A model generated the notes under the pieces. The model made no database searches and was not told the origin of the DNA. It saw only the letters and a list, made by a program, of their open reading frames with translations. DNA of 60,497 bases from an uncultured Clostridia bacterium (lineage in GTDB: Bacteria > Bacillota > Clostridia > TANB77 > CAG-508), in NCBI GenBank assembly GCA_947624185.1, contig CANQJG010000001.1, positions 1 to 60,497 on the forward strand, in the 5' to 3' direction. Positions 19,407 to 28,800 of the stretch are shown piece after piece (position 1 is the first letter of the stretch; each line of letters opens with the position of its first letter). The position numbers were made by a program, and so were the translations under genes.

Positions 19407-19508
19407 GAGATATTTTCACTTACTAGTTACATATATTATTAATCCTGTTTAAATTTTTGAGACATTTTCACTTATCGGTCACATATATTAATCCTGTTTA
19501 AGTTTTTG
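19407..19508. repeat. imperfect tandem duplication (53 + 49 bp) of the 3' end and 3' UTR of the AI-2E permease gene
   Basis: GAGATATTTTCACTTACTAGTTACATATATTATTAATCCTGTTTAAATTTTTG (19407-19459) versus AGACATTTTCACTTATCGGTCACATATATTAATCCTGTTTAAGTTTTTG (19460-19508). The second copy contains the real stop codon (19488-19490). Confidence 0.8.
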
Positions 19509-20609
19509 TTCTATAAAATCATCTATTATTAATTTAATCAAGGCTACTATTGGTACTGCAATAAACATACCCATAACTCCAAAGTATGCTCCACCAATTG
19601 TTACTGCAAAGATTACAAGCAAAGGACTTATCTTTAATTTTGAGCTTGTTATCCTTGGATTGATAATATTTGCATCTATTTGTTGTAACACTATAACCAC
19701 TATTGCCATTATTAGAGCTTGTTTCCAGCCACCTGTTAAAAGTGTAATTATAATTGATATAGCAACTCCTACAATTGCTCCAAAGTATGGTATCAAGTTT
19801 GATACTCCTATAAATACACCCAATAGCAATGAATATTTTACTCCCATTATAGCCATTGCAATAGTTGATATTACTGCTACTATTAATGCATCGATTACTT
19901 GACTTGATATAAATTTAAAAAATATTTGATTACCTGACGTAAAATATCTGACAAATTTTTTATATCCTTTTTCTGTCATAGTTGCTTTGGCTAATTTATT
20001 TATAAAATTGACGATTGATTCTCTCTGAGCGATTATATATACTGAGCATATAAATGATATAAATATATTTACTATGCTTTTTACAGCTCCAAATGCTGAA
20101 CTTACATACGTTTTTATTCTTTCAGGTGTAAACATTTCTTCAAAATTTATATTTTGTATATAGTCTACTATTGGCTTTAATATATTGGTTTGTAGCCATG
20201 GTGAAATGTCTGAATTTAGTTCATTTGCTGCAATTGAATTATAATAACTTTGTATATTATTAATCAAATCTGCTATACTTTCCGCTATTATTGGCACAAT
20301 GAATTTTATTATCAAGGCAATGGCTGTAATTGCTAAAGTATACACAATTGCAATACTTGCACCCCTTGAGTGTTTTATCTTTTTGCTTAAAAACTTCTCT
20401 ATATTTTTACATGGAACATATAAAATATATGCAATAATAATTCCTATTAAAAATGGTAATAAAACTGAAAGTAGATTAAGAAGCCATTTTCCAATTCCTG
20501 AAAAGTTGTCTAAAAATTTATATACTAATATTAATATGATTCCTATTGAAAGCCAATAAAACCACCTTTTAGTTCCCATTACTTTATCTTTTTTCATTTT
20601 CAATTTCAT
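19488..20609 (-). CDS. AI-2E family (PerM/YdbI-like) membrane transporter
   Basis: 373-aa polytopic membrane protein with the family's ...NLIPYFGAIVG... segment and long hydrophobic C-terminal half. Confidence 0.8.
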   Translation of the reverse strand: MKLKMKKDKVMGTKRWFYWLSIGIILILVYKFLDNFSGIGKWLLNLLSVLLPFLIGIIIAYILYVPCKNIEKFLSKKIKHSRGASIAIVYTLAITAIALIIKFIVPIIAESIADLINNIQSYYNSIAANELNSDISPWLQTNILKPIVDYIQNINFEEMFTPERIKTYVSSAFGAVKSIVNIFISFICSVYIIAQRESIVNFINKLAKATMTEKGYKKFVRYFTSGNQIFFKFISSQVIDALIVAVISTIAMAIMGVKYSLLLGVFIGVSNLIPYFGAIVGVAISIIITLLTGGWKQALIMAIVVIVLQQIDANIINPRITSSKLKISPLLVIFAVTIGGAYFGVMGMFIAVPIVALIKLIIDDFIEQKLKQD

Positions 20610-20669
20610 CCCTTCCGTGCCTTTTCTTCACTTATTACTCAAATCTAGTCGTCAAAATTTAAATTTTAA

Positions 20670-21434
20670 TTATAACAACAAATTTATCTCTAACTCAATT
20701 GGGCAGTGATCGCTACCAAGAACCTCACTATGTATTTTTGCATCAACAATTTTATCTTTGATTCTATCTGATACTATAAAATAATCTATTCTCCACCCTG
20801 CATTATTTTCTCTTGCATGAAACATATACGACCACCATGTATATGCTTCTTTCTTATTTGGATATTTATATCTAAATGTGTCTACGAAACCGTCTTTTAA
20901 TAGCTTGTCAATTTTGTCTCTTTCTTCGTCTGTAAAGCCTGCATTATGGTGGTTACTTGAAGGATTTTTCAAATCAATTTCTTCGTGTGCTACATTTAAA
21001 TCTCCACAATAGATTACAGGTTTCTTTTTATCTAATTCTTTTAAATATTCTCTAATTTTATCTTCCCATTTCATCCTGAAATCAAGTCTTTCAAGCTCTC
21101 TCTTGGAATTCGGTGTATAGCAATTGACTAAATAAAAATTTTCATATTCACAAGTAATAATTCTGCCTTCATCATCATCACCGTAAGTTACTGATATTGG
21201 CTCTATTTTAGAAAAAGTAGCTGTTCCGGAATATCCTTTTTTTACTGCACTGTTCCAATAATTATATTCTGTTAGTTTTTTCATATCTGCATCAATTTGA
21301 TTTTCTTGCAATTTTGTTTCCTGTATACAAAATATGTCTGCATCTTCTTTTACAAAAAAATCTTTAAATCCTTTATTTACAGCTGCTCTTATACCATTTA
21401 CGTTCCACGAAATTAATTTCATTTGCTTCTCCAT
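20670..21434 (-). CDS. xth: exodeoxyribonuclease III (AP endonuclease)
   Basis: KLISWNVNGIRA, GDLNVAHEEIDL, SDHCPIELEI. Confidence 0.9.
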   Translation of the reverse strand: MEKQMKLISWNVNGIRAAVNKGFKDFFVKEDADIFCIQETKLQENQIDADMKKLTEYNYWNSAVKKGYSGTATFSKIEPISVTYGDDDEGRIITCEYENFYLVNCYTPNSKRELERLDFRMKWEDKIREYLKELDKKKPVIYCGDLNVAHEEIDLKNPSSNHHNAGFTDEERDKIDKLLKDGFVDTFRYKYPNKKEAYTWWSYMFHARENNAGWRIDYFIVSDRIKDKIVDAKIHSEVLGSDHCPIELEINLLL

Positions 21435-21460
21435 TTCTTTACTTTTATTCCTTCTATAAT

Positions 21461-21600
21461 ACTTGCTTTTCTAAATAATTTGCTTTTTAATAATCTGTCT
21501 TTTATAATCTGTTTTATTTATAAGTAATTTGCTTTTTAATAATCTGTCTTATTTAGATCATTTGCTTTTTAATAATCTGTTTTTATTTAAACAATCATCT
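21461..21600. repeat. cluster of direct repeats (core ATTTGCTTTTTAATAATCTGT) upstream of xth
   Basis: AATTTGCTTTTTAATAATCTGTCT is identical at 21477-21500 and 21526-21549. A third copy is CATTTGCTTTTTAATAATCTGT at 21559-21580. Partial copies lie at 21461-21476 and 21503-21519. Confidence 0.7.
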
Positions 21601-21699
21601 ATTTTTAATAGCTAATTTTGTTTGTTATCACTTGATTTTTTAATTACTAGCTAAAAAGCTGGATGCCAATAAATTGACACTCAGCCTTTGCTACAAATA

Positions 21700-22707
21700 T
21701 TAGTTCATTGCGTTAAAATACCAGTTACCACCTATTTTAACACTTCCTGAAGTTTGATATCCTCTAAATGATAAATAGTTGTGGTTTCTTTTTCCATTTA
21801 ATGCGTCTTCTACTGCTTGCTTTACATAATCGGCATAGTTACCATTTAATCTTTTTACCCAATATGAGTCTATAGAGTAACAGAATTGGTGTGGTGCCTT
21901 ATATTGGCTTAATGGGTCTGTACCATTTTTGCTCCAAGTAGAACTTTGTGCCCTGTTACAAGCTGTTGTGATTACAGCTAAAGCTCCTTCATAACTTGAA
22001 CTACACTCTTGGGCTGTAATAGCACATAATAAGTCTAATTCTTCACTTGAGTAGCTCCATCTACCTTCTGATACATAAGTTACACTTCTTGATGTAACAG
22101 CTCTTGTTCTAACTTCGACAATTTTATTAACTGGTTCTTTTATTATAGTTGAAGAAATTTCTGTTTTTTCAATCTCTTCACCATTTTGATATTTTATTCT
22201 ATAAGTAACTTCTCTAATTCCATTTACACCTATTTGTGTGACTCTATTTTGGGTTGTGCTACTTCCGTTTGAAACATCTTTTGTTATAGTTTCATAAGGA
22301 ATTTCTTCTTGTACTGTGATAATTTTTTCTACTATAGATGTATAACTTTGAAGTATTTCTTCTGATGAGAAAAATATTTCTTCTGCTTTTTGTTTTGCTA
22401 TTCCCTTTTCAATTACAATTGTTTTATTATCTGATAACTCCGAATCTGCATCAGGAGTAACGTTTTCATCTTCTAAAACAATAATATGATTTTCAGCTAA
22501 AATATCTGATACTTTTTTGTTAGTTGTCATAACGTTCATTTCATAACCACTTGAAAGTACAATCTTAACTGACATTAATCTTTCGTTAGAAGCCATTACA
22601 CCAATCATCCCAGCAATTAGGAAAAATATTATTAATATTACTAAAATTCTTCTAAGTGGAAGCATTGATCTTTCAGGCTTTTCTTGTTTACTTAATCGTT
22701 TTCTCAT
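21700..22707 (-). CDS. YabE-like membrane-anchored protein: DUF348/G5 region plus C-terminal SleB-type cell-wall hydrolase domain
   Basis: N-terminal TM, then VKIVLSSGYEMNVMTTNKKVSDIL (DUF348-like) and a G5-like middle. C-terminal LLCAITAQECSSSYEGALAVITTACNR...PHQFC...AVEDALNG resembles the SleB/Hydrolase_2 pattern. Confidence 0.6.
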   Translation of the reverse strand: MRKRLSKQEKPERSMLPLRRILVILIIFFLIAGMIGVMASNERLMSVKIVLSSGYEMNVMTTNKKVSDILAENHIIVLEDENVTPDADSELSDNKTIVIEKGIAKQKAEEIFFSSEEILQSYTSIVEKIITVQEEIPYETITKDVSNGSSTTQNRVTQIGVNGIREVTYRIKYQNGEEIEKTEISSTIIKEPVNKIVEVRTRAVTSRSVTYVSEGRWSYSSEELDLLCAITAQECSSSYEGALAVITTACNRAQSSTWSKNGTDPLSQYKAPHQFCYSIDSYWVKRLNGNYADYVKQAVEDALNGKRNHNYLSFRGYQTSGSVKIGGNWYFNAMN

Positions 22708-22820
22708 AAAACCTCCTTCTTAAGTAACACAATTATATTATACCATTTTTTATATAATATGTCAAATCATTATTTGGTTGTTATGTAAACAAGCAGGGTT
22801 TTATTGTGACGAATTACTTG

Positions 22821-22869
22821 AAAAATCAATCAAGTCTATATGTATAAAATTTTACATATAGACTTGATT
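22821..22869 (-). terminator. strong intrinsic terminator of the 2874-aa adhesin gene
   Basis: Perfect 17-bp stem AATCAAGTCTATATGTA (22828-22844) / TACATATAGACTTGATT (22853-22869), 8-nt loop. On the minus strand a T-run follows (plus-strand A-run 22821-22825), 28 nt after the stop. Confidence 0.75.
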
Positions 22870-22896
22870 TTATTGTTTATTAACTTTTAGAATGTC

Positions 22897-25800
22897 TTAT
22901 TCTTTTGAGTCTGTTGATTCCTTACCTTTTTTTCTTTTAATTCCTTGAACAACTATTGCAGCTGATATTCCACCTATTACAATTGTTAGCAATATTATCA
23001 TTATTATGTCACCTGTTCTTCCTAAACCAGTTGATATTGCTATAATTATGCTTGCAGTAGATTCATCATTGCCTGTATTAATATCCTTAAATCCTGCTTC
23101 ATTGTTTGTTCCAGCTATCCTTACTTTATTTTCTTTAGTTCCTAGGTTTGTTAAATAGTTATCATATCTTAGCCAAATTGTATATTCCCTAGTTTCTCCT
23201 GGTTCTAAGTTGTCTATTTTTAGGGTAGCATCATTTGCATGAACTTCCCATTGTGGGTTTCTTTCAGGTTTCATTTGCATTCCGCTTGGTATATATTCTA
23301 TTACTTCTACGCTTCCTGCTAATTCTCCTTCGTTTTTAACTGTAACAATATACATAAACCATGCATCTGCACTAGGTATATTTCTAGTTCTTATTTCAAG
23401 TTTTGGTAAGTCATAGTTTAATTCTGTTCTTGTACCATTATATTCTTGAGCTACTACTTTCTTCTTGATGCTTATGTCAAATCTCTTCTTTTTATTTAAC
23501 ATTTCAAATGGTTGTACTTCAGGAGTATCTTTTATCTCTATTTGCATGTCTTTTGCTCCATGGTATCCGGTTGGTATTTGCTTTTCTTTTAATGTATATT
23601 TTCCTACTGGTAGTCTCTCTAATCTTTCTGCCTGCTCTTTAGTTTCTATTTCTGCTACTACTTCCCCGTTTTCATCCACTACTTCTATTATTCCGCCTTT
23701 TAAGAATTCCTTTGTTTCTTCATCTTTCAAACTAATTTCTACTTTTGTGAAGTCTTGTTCTACAACAAATTTTTGTACTACATTTACATCTTTTACTTTT
23801 ATTTCTCCACCTGATGTTACATATCCCCTATTTTCAGGATCTTTTGTTACTATATCATACTCTCCTACATCTAATCCTTCTATTATTTCGATGTCTTCAC
23901 CTGTTGTAAAACTATATACGACTTCTCCTGTTTCCTTGTCTCTAATTTCAACTTCGATTCCAGGTATATGTTCTTTAGTTTCCTTGTCTACTACGTTTAG
24001 CTCTATCCTTGTTCTTTCATCGAGCATTTCTACTCTTTCTATCTCAATATTTTCTATTAAGAATTCTTCATCGTCTTCAATTCTTTGATATAGCTTTCCG
24101 TCATCTCCTACAAAGAATTTGATTTTTCTTGCAGTTACATATCCTTTTGCAGGTTTCTTTTCTCTTAATGTATAAGTTTTACCTTTTTCTAATTTTTCGA
24201 ACATTGTAACCTGATCAGTAGTTGTCCATGTTTCTATTACATTACCATTTTCATCTAATATTTCTAGTTCTACTCCTTCTACTAATTCACCTTCTTTGTT
24301 TCTCTTTTCAATTATAGTATCAATTCTTCTATTTGTTATTACTTCACTTACGTCAATAATTTCTACATCTTGTCCCCTGTATGTACTATTGAATACTACT
24401 TTTTCTGAATTTGGTTTATAGTTTTCAGGTGGTTCTATCTCTTGAATATAATATTTTCCTAATGGTAAATCTGCCTTGAATATTGCTTGTCCTTGTTCAT
24501 TAGTTATTGATTTTTCTATTAATGCATCTTTTTTAATTAGTACATTTCCATTTTGGGCTCTTATATCTTCAAATGCGTATAATCCAAATACTGCGCCTTT
24601 TAGTCTTTCTCCAGTCAAAATGTCTTTTTTGATTATTCCAAGTTTTCCATTTTCTTTTACTTCTATTTCTTCGTCATCTTTATCAGTTACTTTCTCTTCT
24701 ATTGGTTCTTCTGGATTATCTGGATTGTCTGGATCTTCTGGATCTACCGGTTTATCTGGATTTTCTGGATTGTCTCTTATTATTGTACCTGTTGCCATTA
24801 CCACATTGTCAATTAGATGTTTTTCTGTTCCTTCTACTGGCAATGTAACTCCTTGTGGAATATCATATTCATACCTTAATATGATTTCTTCACCTGGTTC
24901 TATTTTGTCTATAATAACTACATTTCTATCTTCTCCAGCTTCAGTTGTTTTGTATGCAATCTTTACTCCATTTACGCTTGAACCTTCTAAATCCACAAAT
25001 CTACCATTTATTAATGTTTCTTCTGTTTCAACATTATGTAGAGTTGCATCTCCTGTATTTATTACGTGAATGATATATTGAGCAGTTTCTCCTGGTTCAT
25101 ATACTTTCTTTTGAGCTTCTTTTATTACTAATATTTTTCCTTCTGTTACATATACATCTTCATCATCTTCGTCATCTACTGTCACAGTTATCTTTTTATG
25201 TGGATCATCTGGATCAGGAATTTCTGTAGTTCCTTCAGCTTTTACAACATTTGTAATTTTTACTTTTTCTTCTCCTTCTTCCAATTCACCTATTTGTGCA
25301 GAGAATCTTAGGTTAACACTTTCTCCCGGTTTTAACCTTTCAATACTTACATGTGTACTATCTATCTTCTTTACATTATCTGTGTCAATATATTCAAATT
25401 CACCATTTATTCTTGTCTCTGATACAGTTATATCTGTTATATCGTTGTTTGTTGGATTGCTTACTTTAATTGTATATGTTGCTGTTTCACCAGGTTTATA
25501 CCATTTTTTATCTGCTATCTTTTCAACTTTAATTCCTTCTTCACCGTTTAAATTAATTTTTTGTCTTTCATTAATGTATTCTATTTCTACAGTTTGAGTA
25601 GGTGTAGTTTGACCTTGATAGCTTATTTCAAATTCTTTTTGTTCCTTATTTAGTACAAATCCATATCCTGCTTCTGTTTCTTTAATATAATATTTTCCTA
25701 TTGGCAAATTATCTACATAACCTATTCCTTGTATATTTGTTGTAATTGTACCAACTAATGCATCTTTCTCATATACTATAACACTTGAATCATATTGGGC

Positions 25801-28800
25801 ATATATATTTTCTTTTGCTCTTATTTCGAATTTTGCATTTTCTATTGCTCCAAGTTCATATTTAAAGTCTATACTTCCGTCTTCGTTTTGACTTGCTCCA
25901 GTTAAATATTCACCTTTTTTAATTAGCTTTAATTCGCCTTTCATTTGTGTGTTATATTGTTCTACACTAATTGTTAACGCGTCTGTTATAGTATCTTGAT
26001 AATATGCTTGGTGTGATGATACGCTAAATCTTACAGCTTGTCTTGGTTCGTTAGTTACTTGACCATTTAATATTGATCCTTCATGTCCTGTTAAAACATA
26101 TCCGTCTGGTGCAGTTACTTCTCTTAATTCATATTCTCCTACTGTTAAGTTTACTGGTGTTATAAAGTATCCTTCTTCATTGATTCTATATGGATTTTTC
26201 TCAGTTCCTACTACATCTGCTTTTGGATATCTTATTGGTTGTTCAATATATCTATTTTCTGTGAAACTCCATATTCTGTAGGCTGCATCTTTATTTAATA
26301 CCATTTCTCCATTTTCAGTATCTCTCTTATTTACTCTTATTGTTGCTTCAAATTCTCTATCTAAGAAATATCTTTCATTTTGTGGAGTTTTACTATCTTT
26401 TGTTACAACTACTATAAATGGATCGATTATATATCTTTCATCTGGAATAGTAGTCTCTACTACTACATAAGTTCCATAAGCCAACTCTGGACTTGTGAAT
26501 TTTCCTAATTCATCTGTAAACTGCTCTTTTATCCTTGTTCCGTTTTGATTATTACTATAATCCAATGCTGTTTGTTCATTTTGATAATTATATCCAATAA
26601 AATCTTTTGGATTATATTTACCATTTGCATCAGGTTTTACTGTTCCATTTTTAACAAAGCTTAAGTCACTTACTAAGTAAATTTTAAATCCAGCTCCTTC
26701 TAATGGGAATGCTTCTGTCGTTTCATTATTTTCACTTAATTTTACTAATTGGAATGCCTGTTTCTTTACTTGTTCATGAACAGTTGTGCTTGTATCGATG
26801 TGTGGTATAGTTTCATTTTGATAATCTATACTTACATTATATTTGTTTTCATCAGGTAAATATCCTACTGGTGGCGTTATTTCTTTTACATAATACTTTC
26901 CTATTTCTACATCGTCAAATACTAACTTACCACCTTGTATAGTTTGCTCCTGTACTTTCTGATCTTTTACATATATAGTTCCCTTTACAGTATCTTTATG
27001 TTTTATTTCTTCAGCAGCATATAGTCCATATACTGCTCCGTCAAGTGTAGCATCTCCTTGTGCTAAATATCTATTTGTTTCTACATCTATTTTGCTTACA
27101 GTTATAGTTCCAAGTACCCTAGTATTATAATATAAACCTGAATGATTATCTATTGTTAATGTACTTCCATTATTTCCTGCTGTTATTGTAATGTCGTTTA
27201 CTACTTTTGTTTTTGTTCCTGAAACATAGTCACCATAATATCCTTCTGGTGCTCTAGTTTCTATTATTCTGAATTTTCCTTCATTTCTTCTATTTGCATA
27301 TAACCAATCACCACTTATATAACTTCTGTCTTCTTGGAATTCTAATTTTATTGTACTACCTTGTCTGTTTATTTTGTACTCTTCATATTGTTTAGTGTTT
27401 TTATTATATTCATATACTGTATAATCGGCACCTTCTATTCTATTTTTTGTTTCACTATCTACTTTTATAGCCTTTATTTTTACTTTCCATGGTTCATCTT
27501 TTACATTGTAATTAGCATGATCTGAATATGTGTAGGTATGGAATCCTGGATCTGTTAATGTAATAGCTATACTGGTTCCTGGATTTGTATAATAATATGG
27601 TGCTGCTTCTTCGTCGATTTTAAATCTTCCTTGGTTAGTTGCTGAATACTCTAATACTCCTGCTTCATGTTCTCCTGGAGTTTTATATGTTCCGTCTCCA
27701 TTATCTGTTAGCAAGCCCCTTGCTACCCAGTTATTAGAATTTTTATTCCATTCATATATTCTGAATTTTGCTTCATCTAATACTTCACTTGTTATTGAGT
27801 CTGTTTTTCTCAAAATTATTTGTGCTTTTGGATATGGTGTATTATCCATTGTCCATGTTAATTCGTGAAGTATTTTAGTTTCATCTTTTTCTAATGTTAC
27901 ATCATAAGTTTTTCTGTATTTTGGATCATCTTCGTCACTATAACCATAATAGTGTTCTGGTGCTCTTTCTTCAACTATTTTAAATCTACCCTGATTTATT
28001 GGTGAATATTCAAATATAGCTGAAGTATAGCTTCCGTTTTTATTATCAGTTAATTGACTTTTTCTTGTATAATTACTAATATCACTTGTACTTCCACTTC
28101 CTTTGTATTCATATAATGCAAATATTGCTCCTGGTAACTTTGCATGAGTAACATTATCTGTTTTATTTACTGTTACTCGTCCTTGTGGATAATGTAAGTT
28201 TGTTACATCCCATGTTATACTATGCAATATCTCACTTGAACTTATAGTTAAAGTTATATCTTTTACTTTTCTATATGATGCATCATCTTTGTCACTATTT
28301 CCATAATAATGAGCTGGTGCTTTTGTTTCTACTACTTTAAATCTTCCTTGGTTTGTTGGTGTGTATTCAAATACATTTGAAGTATAACTTCCACTACCAT
28401 TGTCTTTTAATGTCTCTACTTCTTTATAACTATTTAAATCTGAAGTGCTTCCACTTCCTTTATATTCATATAACTTAAATGTTGCTCCAGACAATTTTGC
28501 TTTCGTGATACTATCAGTTTTACTTATTGTAACCTTACCTTGTGGATAATGGACATTTGTTGCATTCCATGTTATATTATGTAATATTTCAGTTGAACTT
28601 GTAGTTAAAGTTATATCTTTTACTTGTCTATATTTTTCATCATCTGAACTGCTATGTCCAAAATAATGTTCTGGAGCTTGTGTCTCTACGACTTTAAATT
28701 TACCTTGATTTGTTGGCGTGTATTCAAATACCTTTGAAGTATAGCTTCCACTACCATTGCCAGATAATGTTTCGACTTCATTATAACTACTTAAACTTGA

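Noticed and set aside
21461-21600. Possible CRISPR array
   Set aside because: There are only three full copies, the spacing is irregular (49 and 33 nt), the 'spacers' contain partial repeat units, the repeats are not palindromic, and no cas genes are present in the window.
23465-25069. 207-aa and 197-aa plus-strand ORFs antisense to the 2874-aa adhesin gene (also 30224-30694, and many others in the A/B genes)
   Set aside because: Same shadow-ORF composition (S/F/I/T-rich). They lie entirely within strongly supported minus-strand genes and have no start context.
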